NCBI GenBank assembly: GCA_032128875.1
Contig: JAVLKG010000014.1
Span: forward strand, 33,350 to 97,349
Direction: 5' to 3'
DNA: 64,000 bases
From: Candidatus Melainabacteria bacterium 17Bon1m
Lineage (GTDB): Bacteria; Cyanobacteriota; Vampirovibrionia; Obscuribacterales; Obscuribacteraceae
The notes under the pieces were generated by a model that did no database searches, was not told where the DNA came from, and was given only the letters and a program-made list of their open reading frames with translations. Shown here in pieces: positions 47,759-58,022 of the stretch (position 1 is the first letter of the stretch; each line of letters starts with the position of its first letter). The translations under genes were made by a program, and so were the position numbers.

Positions 47759-49042
47759 TTAAGGGTAGAGTCCTCTCAGGCGTTTCGCTTCTGCGATGCG
47801 GCCTACGCCGATGCGGAGCGCTGCCATTCTTGGTCTCAATCCGCTGCGGGTGCTCATTTCGAACACTTGATCGCAAGCGCGTCCCATGATTTCTTCCAGG
47901 CGGTTGTTTACTTCCGTCTCGGTCCAGAAGAGATGCATCATGCCTTGCACCCACTCGAAGTAGCTGACGGTCACGCCGCCTGCGTTCGCGAGGATGTCGG
48001 GCACGATTTTGATGCCTTTTTCGTGCAGGTACTTGTCTGCTTCAGTGCTGGTCGGTCCGTTGGCGCCTTCAACGATGATCTGGCAATTGATATTGCGCAT
48101 GTTCTTTTCGTTGATTTGGTCGCCAAGTGCTGCCGGAACGAGCACATCGCATTCGAGTTCGAGCAATTCTTTGTTGCTGACGCTTGTCGAGCCTGCAAAG
48201 CCTTCCACTCTGCCCATTTCGGACATATAAGCGAGAAGACGCGGAATGTCGATGCCGTCAGGATTGTGGATGCCGCCGTAAACATCGGAGACAGCGATGA
48301 TTTTGTATCCGGCTTCGTGCAGCAATTTTGCAGTCACAGAGCCGACATTACCAAATCCTTGTACAACAACGGTAGGTGATTTCGCTTTGATTTCGTAGTG
48401 CTCAACGGCGCGACGGACGCAGTATGCGACACCGCGACCGGTGGCTTCGTTGCGACCAAGCGAGCCGCCGATGGAAATCGGTTTGCCGGTAACGACAGAA
48501 GGTACTGTGTGACCAACGTTGATGGAGTATGTATCCATGATCCATGCCATCGTTTGCTCGTTGGTGTACATGTCCGGTGCCGGAATGTCCTTGTCTGGAC
48601 CAATCAAATTGATGATTTCGGAGGTGTAGCGACGGGTCAGTCTTTCGGTTTCGCCGAGAGACAGTTTCCATGGTTCTACTCGGATACCGCCTTTGGCGCC
48701 GCCGTAGGGAAGACCCATCAGCGCGCACTTCCAGGTCATCAACATTGCCAATCCCGAAACTTCGCCCAGGTTGACATCTGGGTGGAAGCGAATGCCGCCC
48801 TTTGCGGGTCCGAGCGTGACATCGTGTTGGACGCGATAACCGGTAAATGTGCGAACGGTGCCGTCGTCCATACGTACAGGCACCGTCACCATCAAAGCTC
48901 TTTTGGGAAAGCGGAGTCTTTCATGCAACTCTCTGTCCAGCCCCATTTCCAACGCTACTTCGTCCAGTTGACGCTGTGCCATGAGGAAGTGCTCTGTTTC
49001 ACACTCCATCCTTGGGCGCTCGACTGGTTTCAAGACTGCCAT
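47759..49042 (-). CDS. gdhA: Glutamate dehydrogenase (Glu/Leu/Phe/Val family)
   Basis: GPAKGGIRF, GGAKGG, DIPAPD, VVTGKP, QGFGNVG, EGANGP, NAGGVTVSYFEW. Confidence 0.95.
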   Translation of the reverse strand: MAVLKPVERPRMECETEHFLMAQRQLDEVALEMGLDRELHERLRFPKRALMVTVPVRMDDGTVRTFTGYRVQHDVTLGPAKGGIRFHPDVNLGEVSGLAMLMTWKCALMGLPYGGAKGGIRVEPWKLSLGETERLTRRYTSEIINLIGPDKDIPAPDMYTNEQTMAWIMDTYSINVGHTVPSVVTGKPISIGGSLGRNEATGRGVAYCVRRAVEHYEIKAKSPTVVVQGFGNVGSVTAKLLHEAGYKIIAVSDVYGGIHNPDGIDIPRLLAYMSEMGRVEGFAGSTSVSNKELLELECDVLVPAALGDQINEKNMRNINCQIIVEGANGPTSTEADKYLHEKGIKIVPDILANAGGVTVSYFEWVQGMMHLFWTETEVNNRLEEIMGRACDQVFEMSTRSGLRPRMAALRIGVGRIAEAKRLRGLYP

Positions 49043-49407
49043 CGCAGATAACCTCCACTAGTTTTCGGCCTTTCGGCCAACGTTTCCCGAACAAGTAACA
49101 AATTTGAAGTTGCATAATGTTACCGCTGCTATGCATCGGATATTCCTGCAATTAGTAGATCTTCTGTCTAATTATTTTTCACCCCTTGCAAAACTAAAGA
49201 AACTGTGAATCTGTCAATATATCAACGTTTTCTGCCCGCGTCGGATAAAAATCCGCGCACCATATGTGGTGCCTTAGATAGACGCACTTGAAGTTTTTGC
49301 CGCCAAATTCTTTGCGAATGTTGGCATCCTCGTAATACATATATTGGTAGGTTTTTAGTACTCACGCCGGGGTATGATCTCGCCAGTATGGAATCTTCAG
49401 AAGCCCC

Positions 49408-50487
49408 ATGAAATTTAAGCTAACGGCAGAATCAGCGCTCAATCTGCTCTTCGTCTTTTTGCCCATCCCGTTTCTTGCGGAGTGGTTGCATTGGTCGCCT
49501 GTCATCATTTTCGGAAGTTGCTGTCTGGCGATTATTCCCATTGCCGGGGTGATGGGGAAGGCGACCGAATATCTTGCCGACCGCGTCGGTTCGGGCTGGG
49601 GCGGATTGCTCAACGCTTCTTTTGGAAACGCCTGCGAATTGATCATTGCTTTATCAGCGTTGCGCGCTGGTTATGTAGATATGGTCCGCGCGTCTATCAC
49701 CGGATCGATTATCGGAAACATTCTTCTGGTGCTTGGCTTAAGTATGATCGCCGGCGGCATAAAGCATCAAACCCAGACTTTCAATCGTACGGCAGCTACC
49801 ACGTCAGCGACTCTTCTGGCTCTAGCCGCCATCAGTTTGACGGTTCCTGCCGTCTTCCACCACGCGGCGCACAAGGGTGCTCACGTCAACGAATTGCGCT
49901 TGGCCCTTGTTATTTCCGCTGTTCAGTTTGGCGTTTATATACTCAGTTTGATCTTCAGTTTGAGAACACACAAACAGCTCTATGTGTGCGTCGTCGACAC
50001 TGAGAAAGAAGATGCGATTGGAACGTCTGGCTGGACTGTGAAAAGGAGCATTGCCGTTCTTGCTGTTTCCACAGTTGTTGTCGCCATTCTCTCTGAGTTT
50101 CTCACTCACGCTGTTGAAGAAGCAGCGCACACTCTAGGTATGACGCAGCTTTTCATCGGTACCGTTTTGGTTGCAATTGTCGGCAACGCCGCAGAGCACA
50201 GCACCGCGGTTATGATGGCGATGAAGAACAAGATGGACTTGTCAATGAACATCGCGCTTGGCTCCGGTGCTCAAATCGCGCTTTTCGTGGCGCCTGTAAT
50301 CGTGTTTGCCAGCTTCTTCCTAGGCCACCCTATGCGCCTGCTCTTCTCTGAATTCGAGCTTTTGTCAGTCGTCGTCTCTGTAATCATTCTTGGCTATGTG
50401 GCGACGGACGGAGAATGTAACTGGCTGGAAGGCGTACAATTATTGGCTGTCTATTTGATTCTCTGCTCCGCCTTTTACTTCGCGTAG
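49408..50487 (+). CDS. Ca2+/H+ antiporter (CAX/ChaA family)
   Basis: Alpha-repeats LNASFGNACE and IVGNAAEH; many TM helices; NWLEG. Confidence 0.93.
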   Translation: MKFKLTAESALNLLFVFLPIPFLAEWLHWSPVIIFGSCCLAIIPIAGVMGKATEYLADRVGSGWGGLLNASFGNACELIIALSALRAGYVDMVRASITGSIIGNILLVLGLSMIAGGIKHQTQTFNRTAATTSATLLALAAISLTVPAVFHHAAHKGAHVNELRLALVISAVQFGVYILSLIFSLRTHKQLYVCVVDTEKEDAIGTSGWTVKRSIAVLAVSTVVVAILSEFLTHAVEEAAHTLGMTQLFIGTVLVAIVGNAAEHSTAVMMAMKNKMDLSMNIALGSGAQIALFVAPVIVFASFFLGHPMRLLFSEFELLSVVVSVIILGYVATDGECNWLEGVQLLAVYLILCSAFYFA

Positions 50488-50521
50488 CGAACTATATAGA
50501 TTGTATTAGTTGGGTTTTGCT

Positions 50522-51367
50522 ATGCCTGAATTGCCTGAAGTTGAAACTGTGCGGTTGGGGCTCGAGAAATTTCTCGTTGGAGACAGCTTCTCGGGCGTGC
50601 AGGTTTTGCGAAACGACTCGGTCGGATATCCATCGATAAAAGAATTCGCAAAGGGATTGACCGGGCGCACAGTTGTCGCTGCAAAGCGACGCGGCAAATA
50701 CTTGCTCTTGGAGCTTGATTCGAATGCCTGGCTGGGAGTTCATCTTCGTATGTCAGGGCGGTTGATTGTTGCCGACAAAAAGCATCGCGAGCCGCAATTT
50801 CTTCGCGTTCTTATTAAACTGAAAAGCGGGCGCGAACTGCGTTTTGAAGACATGCGCGTGTTTGGTCGCATGTGGTATGTGCCACCAGGCGAAGATGTTT
50901 TAAAGGTCATTCCTGCATTGCAAGAGCTTGGACCTGAGCCACTCGAAGGACTGAGTGCCGACCACCTCGTGAGTTCATTCCGTGGTAAAAAGCAGGCAAT
51001 AAAAACTGCGTTGTTGGATCAAACAATCATCGCTGGGCTGGGCAATATTTACGCCGATGAAGTCCTCTTTCAAACCGGTATTCATCCGCTTTCATTGGCC
51101 GGTTCGGTAACTGAAAAAGATGCCGAAAAACTCGTTGTTGCCATAGCAAAAACATTGAAGAAAGCCATCAAACATGGTGGAACTACACTCCGAGACTACG
51201 CTAACAGTGAAGGCGTAAACGGCAACTACCAGCATCAATCCTGGGTGTATGGCAGGGAAGATGAGCCTTGTCGTGTTTGTGGAACAGAGATCGAACGCAT
51301 AAAACTCGCGGGTCGTTCTGCTCATTATTGTGGAAACTGCCAGAAGAAGCTGCGCCGCAAGAAGTAA
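50522..51367 (+). CDS. mutM: Formamidopyrimidine-DNA glycosylase
   Basis: PELPEVET, RRGKY, HLRMSG, GLGNIYADE, C-terminal CxxC...CxxCQ zinc finger. Confidence 0.97.
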   Translation: MPELPEVETVRLGLEKFLVGDSFSGVQVLRNDSVGYPSIKEFAKGLTGRTVVAAKRRGKYLLLELDSNAWLGVHLRMSGRLIVADKKHREPQFLRVLIKLKSGRELRFEDMRVFGRMWYVPPGEDVLKVIPALQELGPEPLEGLSADHLVSSFRGKKQAIKTALLDQTIIAGLGNIYADEVLFQTGIHPLSLAGSVTEKDAEKLVVAIAKTLKKAIKHGGTTLRDYANSEGVNGNYQHQSWVYGREDEPCRVCGTEIERIKLAGRSAHYCGNCQKKLRRKK

Positions 51368-51483
51368 GTGGGGACGCGTTGCACGCAGCGTGCTTTTCGT
51401 GGGAGCGCGTTGCACGCCGCCAGCTTTTCGTGGGGGCGCGTTGCACGCCGCCAGCTTTTCGTGGGGGCGCGTTGCACGCGCCC
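51368..51483. repeat. Tandem REP array, family C (31-bp unit x4)
   Basis: GTGGGRRCGCGTTGCACGC...CAGCTTTTC repeated, ending in a complete GTGGGGGCGCGTTGCACGCGCCC. Confidence 0.9.
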
Positions 51484-51544
51484 AAATTTACTTATGAATG
51501 ATCATCATTTCGTCAATGACACCAGCCGGAATTCCGGTCTTTTA

Positions 51545-52600
51545 TTACCTTGTTTCTGATTTGTTCTTACGTGTAGATTGAATGGCCATGCAGATTGCCG
51601 CAGGGATGCACGAGACCAATATGAAGCAAATGAAGTGGTTTAAGGTCGCCACAGCCATTGCCATATCAGCGTTGATGCCTGATGTTTTCATCAAACCAGT
51701 CTTCAACAAATAGTGGTATCCACCGACGGAACCTGGCGTCGGTACAAGCACTCCGATTGATCCGATAGTGAATGTGATGAGCGTATTTAGTGGTGTAACT
51801 TTGTCTTGAATGTTGAATGCCAGCATCGTAAGCCAGAGATTGAGCCAATAGCAGAACCAGATTGCAAAGCTCAGCACTGCAATCGGGAAATAGGCAACCG
51901 GGTTAGTCAGCGACTTTGTCCCGACTCCAAACTGGTCAGACAGGTCTTCCAGTTTGGTTCTCCAGTTATCCTGCAACTTCGATCTAACGAAGTCGAGATT
52001 TAAGAACCAGCGCATGATTTTGTGGACGTGAGGCAAAACCGCTAATCCTACAAAGGTAGCCACAGTCAGACCAATTCCACCCGGTACCAGCCAGGCAGGC
52101 AGTTCACCGAACATCTCTTTAGGTACGACCATAAGCGTGATGCCGAGCAGGAGCGCCAGCATGGCAATGTCCAAAAGCCTGTCGATAAACATAGTGGGCA
52201 AAACGCCAGCCACCGGCAGTTTTTCCGACTGCGAAATGGAGACCAGCCGCGCTACTTCCCCGCCGCGTGGGATGGCTATATTCACTGCATAGCCCATCAT
52301 GACTGCGGTAAAAGAATTAAACAGGCTGATTTTGTGATCGGCGACAGGCTTCAGCATCAATATCCAGCGTATCGAGCGCAAAAGGTGACTGATAACTGCA
52401 TTAATCATCAGCAAAGCTAAATAAATCGGATTAGATTTAACCGAATACTCCCAAATCGCCGCCAGGTTGCAATCGCGGAAAGAAAAATAGAGAAGACCCA
52501 GCGCCGCTCCTATCATGACTACCTGCTTTATCAGGCTCTTGGCTTTGTTGTCTGTCTTGGCTGCTGAGGTTTCGGGCTGCGTTTGGGTTTCGGATTGCAT
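51545..52600 (-). CDS. Lysylphosphatidylglycerol-synthase TM / UPF0104 flippase-like protein
   Basis: RSIRW, NIAIPRGGEVAR, DRLLD, PTPGSVGGY; multiple TM helices. Confidence 0.88.
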   Translation of the reverse strand: MQSETQTQPETSAAKTDNKAKSLIKQVVMIGAALGLLYFSFRDCNLAAIWEYSVKSNPIYLALLMINAVISHLLRSIRWILMLKPVADHKISLFNSFTAVMMGYAVNIAIPRGGEVARLVSISQSEKLPVAGVLPTMFIDRLLDIAMLALLLGITLMVVPKEMFGELPAWLVPGGIGLTVATFVGLAVLPHVHKIMRWFLNLDFVRSKLQDNWRTKLEDLSDQFGVGTKSLTNPVAYFPIAVLSFAIWFCYWLNLWLTMLAFNIQDKVTPLNTLITFTIGSIGVLVPTPGSVGGYHYLLKTGLMKTSGINADMAMAVATLNHFICFILVSCIPAAICMAIQSTRKNKSETR

Positions 52601-52872
52601 CAGAGGTGCCTGGTTTTCGGGTTTAAGCTACAAATCGTACCGTACTTGGGCGAGTGGCTGATATTTCGCAGAGCAAGAGTTAAACCAATTGTTCTTCTTG
52701 GGGGTTCAGTAATGTTTATTAGGGGTATGGTGGAAAATGAGGAGTGTGGGCCACCTTTTCTCCCGCAGTCCTGTGTGTGTGTATTTGACGGCACGAGTTA
52801 ATTGCTTGTGCAAACCTTGTGAAATAGCTGATTTAATAAGTGATTCAAACGGTATCCGGCTCGGTGACTTAA

Positions 52873-54534
52873 ATGGTCGACAAAAAGAAAAATGTTCTGC
52901 TAATTGAAGACGACCCTAAGGTTGCTAAAGAGCTTCAGAAAGTTCTCAATTCTGACTCAGAGTTCGCAACTGAATGTGTGGACCAGAAGGCTGGTCTAAA
53001 GCGCATCGGGAAGGGCGGTCTGGACGTCATTCTTATGGATTTGCCGGTCAAAGATGGACTGGATGCTTTCCTGAAAGTGAAAGCCGAAGCCAGGGTACCG
53101 GTTTTGGTTTTGAGCGGAGCAGATCAAGAGAAGACAGCAGTTGAAGCTGTCAAGCACGGAGCAAGCGACTATATATTAAAGACCGGTATCGACGATCGGA
53201 TGCTTTATCAGTCCATTCGCAATGCTATTGAGCTTAAGAAGGTTCAAGAAAATCTTGAAGGTGTGCAGAAGCTGCTTGATACTGCCAACGCAAAATTAGA
53301 TGCGCTCGCAAATATCGACAACCTGACAGAACTTCTTAATCGCAAGGGGCTTGAGGCAGCCTTGCAAAACGAGTTTAGCCGCGCGCAACGCGGTGGCTGG
53401 CAGTTGGTGGCGATGCTTGTTGATTGCGACGATTTCGATCGCGTCAATCAAACTCTCGGGCACGCTGTCGGCGATGTTGTTCTCAAGGAAATTACCACGC
53501 GCTTGCGCGAGACCCTGCGTCCGACCGATCATATTGCGCGTTTGGGCGGAGACGAATTCCTTGTTCTTTTGCCAGACACGCGTTTTGCAGAAGGTATGTT
53601 GGTCGCGGAAAAAGTTCGTCTGGCTGTGGCGGAAAATCCGTTGCGCCTGGCGTCAGAAACCATTCGTGTCACCGCCAGTCTTGGCGTGATGGCGCTGCCG
53701 TATGAATTTTGCTCAATTGAAGAGATGATTTCACTGGCTCGCTTGGCAGTTCGCGAAAGTAAGATGCTCGGCAAAAACCGCGTATCATCAGGTGAAAAAC
53801 ACAAATCACTTGGCGCTGATCGCGAAGTTTTGACCGAGTTAACGGAACGTCTGCGCAGAGGTGATTGCTTTAGAGCAGTATCCATGCCGATTTTCCGTCT
53901 GGCTGATGAGACCATTGTTGGTCACGAAATTCTCAGTCGTGGTCCTGCCGGTGCATTCGAAATGCCGGACGACCTTTTCAGAGTGAGCGTTGAGTACAAC
54001 TTACTAACCATTGTGGACCTGCGTTGCTTGAAGACATGCTTGATCCATACAGTTGATCCAAAGTTTGATGATCGTCAGGCGAGATTTCATGTCAACCTCT
54101 TCCCATCGACAATCATTGATACACCGATCGAGCGTTTGATGACCCTCTTCCCGGACAACGGTAAGACGGCCAACTATTGCGTTGAGATTTCGGAACAGCA
54201 ATTTATCGGCGACCCGGTCTACTTGCGCAATCATGTGCAGGCGTTGAAAGATCAGGGCGTCAAAGTTGCGATAGACGACGTCGGCTTCGGTCGAAGTTCG
54301 TTAGAAAGTTTGATTATTCTGGAACCGGACATCGTCAAAATCGACCGAAAGTATGTATCCGGCATCTCGGAAGATCTAGTTAAGGCGCGCAATTTGGAAA
54401 GACTCGTTCGCGTCGTCAATGCACTTGGTTCAGAACTCGTTGCAGAAGGCATCGAAAACAAAGACGAGCTGGCGATTCTAGTCGATATGGGCGTTGTCTA
54501 CGGACAAGGCTGGTATTGGGGCAAACCCGCCTAA
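52873..54534 (+). CDS. REC-GGDEF-EAL diguanylate cyclase/phosphodiesterase
   Basis: REC (IEDD, LMDL), DNLTELLNR, RPTD I-site, intact GGDEF, EIL, DDVGFG, KIDR, AEGIE, QGW. Confidence 0.94.
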   Translation: MVDKKKNVLLIEDDPKVAKELQKVLNSDSEFATECVDQKAGLKRIGKGGLDVILMDLPVKDGLDAFLKVKAEARVPVLVLSGADQEKTAVEAVKHGASDYILKTGIDDRMLYQSIRNAIELKKVQENLEGVQKLLDTANAKLDALANIDNLTELLNRKGLEAALQNEFSRAQRGGWQLVAMLVDCDDFDRVNQTLGHAVGDVVLKEITTRLRETLRPTDHIARLGGDEFLVLLPDTRFAEGMLVAEKVRLAVAENPLRLASETIRVTASLGVMALPYEFCSIEEMISLARLAVRESKMLGKNRVSSGEKHKSLGADREVLTELTERLRRGDCFRAVSMPIFRLADETIVGHEILSRGPAGAFEMPDDLFRVSVEYNLLTIVDLRCLKTCLIHTVDPKFDDRQARFHVNLFPSTIIDTPIERLMTLFPDNGKTANYCVEISEQQFIGDPVYLRNHVQALKDQGVKVAIDDVGFGRSSLESLIILEPDIVKIDRKYVSGISEDLVKARNLERLVRVVNALGSELVAEGIENKDELAILVDMGVVYGQGWYWGKPA

Positions 54535-54594
54535 GCTGGGAGCAAACCGGCCTAGTCTGGGAGCGCTGGCGGCTCGCCTGCTTTTTCAAAAATC

Positions 54595-54750
54595 GTGGGG
54601 GCGCGTTGTACGCGCCCTTTGTTTTTCGGTCGCATGCAATGCGACCCCACACAGAAAACTTCGGTCGCGTGCAATGCGACCCCAGAAAACTTCGGTCGCA
54701 TGCAATGCGACCCGACAAAGAAAACTTCGGTCGCATGCAATGCGACCCGA
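54595..54750. repeat. REP array: one family C copy and four family D copies
   Basis: GTGGGGGCGCGTTGTACGCGCCC, then CGGTCGCRTGCAATGCGACCC x4 with near-identical AGAAAACTT linkers. Confidence 0.9.
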
Positions 54751-54754
54751 CGCT

Positions 54755-56599
54755 CTACTTCGCGTTGGCTTGCTTGCGTTTTGAATCGACCCACTCTGAG
54801 ATTTGTGTCTTCAAAACATCGAGAGGAACAGCACCATTGCGCAAAACTACGTCGTGAAAATCGCGGACGTCAAAGCACTCGCCGAGATCTTTCTTTGCAT
54901 CAAGCCGAAGATCTCGGATGAACATCTGTCCGATTTTATATGCAGTTGCTTGACCCGGCCAGACGATGTATCTGTCGACTTCGACTGTGATGTCGTGTTC
55001 TGACTTGCTGGAATTTTCTTTGAAGAAGTCGATTGCTTGCTGCCTACTCCACCCCATTGAGTGAATTCCGGTATCGAGCACAAGCCTGATAGCACGCCAC
55101 ATCTCGTAGGTAAGTTGTCCGTAGCGCGAGTACGGATCTTTGTACATCTCCATGTCATGACCAAGACTCTCAGCATAAAGTCCCCAGCCCTCGACGAAAG
55201 CGGTGTAGCCTTCATGCTTTCTGAAATCCGGTACTTTCTCTAGCTCTTGCGAAATTGCGATTTGCAAATGGTGTCCGGGTACAGCTTCGTGCAGGGTCAG
55301 CGCCTCCATCTCCCACTTAGGACGAGTGCCTACGTTGTATGTGTTTGCGAGGAACATCCCTGCACGGCCGAACTGCAATGAACCGGGCCTGTAATACGCG
55401 GTCGGCTGCGACTTTTCGTTGAAGGCAGGAATAGGTTCGACTCCGTACTGCAATCGCGGCAATTTGCCAAATTGCTTCATGAGCTGTGGGTCAACGCGCT
55501 TGGCTATGTTTCTATAACCAGCCAGAAGTTCTTCCGCATTTGTATAGAAGAACTTTTGATCTGTTCGCAGGTATTTTGAAAAATCGGCGAAGCTGCCTTT
55601 GAACCCGGTTTCCGCAATTAGTTTGTCCATCTCGCCGCGAATGCGCTTCACTTCCTGCAGTCCGCGCTCATGTATTTGAGCGGGCGTCAAATCCGTGGTA
55701 GTGATTTGATGAATATTGAATGCATACCATTCTTTGCCATTCGGCAAATCGGTGCATGCGAGGCTCGTTCTTGTTTTTGGGTAATACTCTTGAGTGAAAT
55801 AGGAATGCAGTTTTTGATAAGCCGGTTTGATGCTGCTTGTATAAACAGCCGTTGCTGTTTCCGTTAGACGTTTCTTTTCGTCGGCAGAAAAATCTTTGGG
55901 AAACTTTTTGAAAGCCTCTAAGAGAGGGCTTTTCATTGGATCTTCAACAATTTGATTTTGAATTTGTTGAGCGACATCTCTCAGCGTAATTTGTGGCGGA
56001 GTAATTCCTTTGCTGACTCCGACTTTCATCAGCTCGATTGATTGATCGACAGAAGTTGAAATTCCGCGCAGTCTAGAAATGATGTCTTCGTAGTCTTTGA
56101 GCGTGTTTTGCGGATTTTGTACCAGTGTGTTAGCTGGTGCTTCTTGAACGCCTTGCAATTGATTAATGGGCATAAGCTCATTCGGAAACTGGCTTTCTTT
56201 CAGGCTCATCTTCAGACCATAGGCAAAAAGATCGTAATTGAGTTGATCTTCTTTCGCTAGCTTTGACCGGTCGATACTATTAAGCGCCTCTAGCGGCGCA
56301 TTCAATTCCTTCTTGCGGCGCTCTATGGCTGCCATTGACATATCTGTCCATCGACCGTTTTGACCAGGAAATCCGACGCTGGTTGCCCATTCTGGATACT
56401 CTCGCATCTTATTAGCCCAGTATTCATCGAATAATTGCCAAAGCCTGTCGTGCTCTGATTTGCTCGTCGCTGCCGATGCGGTGATACCGCTCATGGTGCG
56501 CTCGTAGGCTGATTGTTCTACTGCCAACGTTGGTCCACATGCAATTAATCCTAGTAATGCAGTAGCGATGAGCCTGTTACGCATGGTTTTAACCGGCAT
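54755..56599 (-). CDS. Exported DUF885-family protein (probable metallopeptidase)
   Basis: Signal peptide; HEAVPGHHLQ, AFVEGWGLYAE, RLVLDTGIH, PGQATAYKIG. Confidence 0.92.
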   Translation of the reverse strand: MPVKTMRNRLIATALLGLIACGPTLAVEQSAYERTMSGITASAATSKSEHDRLWQLFDEYWANKMREYPEWATSVGFPGQNGRWTDMSMAAIERRKKELNAPLEALNSIDRSKLAKEDQLNYDLFAYGLKMSLKESQFPNELMPINQLQGVQEAPANTLVQNPQNTLKDYEDIISRLRGISTSVDQSIELMKVGVSKGITPPQITLRDVAQQIQNQIVEDPMKSPLLEAFKKFPKDFSADEKKRLTETATAVYTSSIKPAYQKLHSYFTQEYYPKTRTSLACTDLPNGKEWYAFNIHQITTTDLTPAQIHERGLQEVKRIRGEMDKLIAETGFKGSFADFSKYLRTDQKFFYTNAEELLAGYRNIAKRVDPQLMKQFGKLPRLQYGVEPIPAFNEKSQPTAYYRPGSLQFGRAGMFLANTYNVGTRPKWEMEALTLHEAVPGHHLQIAISQELEKVPDFRKHEGYTAFVEGWGLYAESLGHDMEMYKDPYSRYGQLTYEMWRAIRLVLDTGIHSMGWSRQQAIDFFKENSSKSEHDITVEVDRYIVWPGQATAYKIGQMFIRDLRLDAKKDLGECFDVRDFHDVVLRNGAVPLDVLKTQISEWVDSKRKQANAK

Positions 56600-56626
56600 T
56601 GGTTTGCTCCATTTTTGATGGTTTGT

Positions 56627-57019
56627 CTAAAGCTCCGTTTGCTTGGAAGGAACGGCTTTGTTCATTCCCTCGACCAGCTCGTTGAGCGTTTGCCAGTTTA
56701 ACCTATTTGCTACCGGACCGGCTTCCTCGTCCGTCTTCAACAGTTTTTTCAAATACTGATCCAGCTCCGCTGCAGCCCGGCTGAGTTCCGCAAAGCCGTA
56801 TGACCCGGCAGTCCCCGCCAGCCGGTGCGCAATTGTATGCGCCTCTTTCAGCCATTCATCCGGGTTTTCTTTATTGCTCCGCGCCTTTTCGACAAACCCG
56901 TTCATCTCAGTGAGCCTGTCGGGCAGCTCGTTGAGATAGTCCGCGCGCAGTGTCTTCAGCACCTCTTCGAGCGCTTCATCATATTCAGGATCGTTCGCGT
57001 TTTCGTCAGGCATGGGCAT
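56627..57019 (-). CDS. Hpt (histidine phosphotransfer) domain protein
   Basis: AHRLAGTAGSYGFAELSRAAAEL. Confidence 0.9.
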   Translation of the reverse strand: MPMPDENANDPEYDEALEEVLKTLRADYLNELPDRLTEMNGFVEKARSNKENPDEWLKEAHTIAHRLAGTAGSYGFAELSRAAAELDQYLKKLLKTDEEAGPVANRLNWQTLNELVEGMNKAVPSKQTEL

Positions 57020-57029
57020 AGCTCATTGC

Positions 57030-58022
57030 TTATTGCGGCAACGCTTCGCTGCGTTTCTTTCCAAGCCAATATTCCTCGTATTGGCTCCATTCCCTATCGT
57101 CTGTTGTGTAATCTGCGAACATTGCGATACCTTCGAAAGATTCAAGTTTTGCATTCCTGTCTGCAAGCCCCAGCCGAACCCCTCGTAGGGCGTTTTTCAA
57201 ACTCTCGGAGTACGGATGGTGCGCCAGCGTTTGATTGTCGTAGGTAGGCAGACCGAGAATGACCTTACATGCCGGATTTGCTTTCGCACAGTCGGCAGTT
57301 ACATGAATCGCCTGCTGCGCGACCAACAAAACGTAAGCTCTAGGTATATATAAGTAGGAGTCGTAGCTCATCACCGCAATCTGATCGCAGCGCTTCGCGA
57401 CGTCTTGGAAGTATTCATCGGACCAACCCCAGAGAATGCCCGGATACCACATTGGCGTTGCCACGCTGAGCAATCTATCTTTCGGCAGTGCCTGACGTGT
57501 TTCTTCCAAAAGCCTTAGCAGTCCTTGGGCTCCGTTCAGCGCAAATTCATAGTCAACTTGCACGCCGTCAAATCCACACTCATTGACGAGCCAGTGAAAC
57601 TCCTCAACCAAAGCATTTCGCACTTTTGGGTTATCCAAGTCTACTTCTAATGAACCCACATAAACCCACGCAATGGCGCGCGTATTCGGCGCATTTTCCT
57701 TTACGCCTTTTGTTAGAGTCTTAGCTCCTTGCTCGTTGCGCAGTTTCAAGCGTCCATCGGATCTTGTCGTGAGAACATGGAAGTACGCATATCGCACCTG
57801 GTTTGTCGCAAGCTGCTTGTACATGTCCGCGAATTCAGGCTCGCTGTGCTTGCCCGCATACCAAAGATACCGCAGCCAAATTCCGTTTTTACCGGTGTTG
57901 AACTTGCTCTGGGGCGTAGGTGCAACCGATTCGTATCTCAGGTAGTCGATTAACCCGGCAATAAGGACAATACCTAGGAAGGCGCAAAGAACAGTCGCAA
58001 TTTTCGGTTTGCGCAATGCCAT
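57030..58022 (-). CDS. Membrane-anchored GH18-like glycoside hydrolase
   Basis: N-terminal TM; GFDGVQVDYE, VMSYD, ILGLPTY motifs. Confidence 0.75.
   Translation of the reverse strand: MALRKPKIATVLCAFLGIVLIAGLIDYLRYESVAPTPQSKFNTGKNGIWLRYLWYAGKHSEPEFADMYKQLATNQVRYAYFHVLTTRSDGRLKLRNEQGAKTLTKGVKENAPNTRAIAWVYVGSLEVDLDNPKVRNALVEEFHWLVNECGFDGVQVDYEFALNGAQGLLRLLEETRQALPKDRLLSVATPMWYPGILWGWSDEYFQDVAKRCDQIAVMSYDSYLYIPRAYVLLVAQQAIHVTADCAKANPACKVILGLPTYDNQTLAHHPYSESLKNALRGVRLGLADRNAKLESFEGIAMFADYTTDDREWSQYEEYWLGKKRSEALPQ

Noticed and set aside
54627-54750. CRISPR-like array of 21-bp palindromic repeats
   Set aside because: Linkers are only about 10-14 bp and nearly identical (AGAAAACTT), and there are no cas genes. 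This is a tandem REP array.
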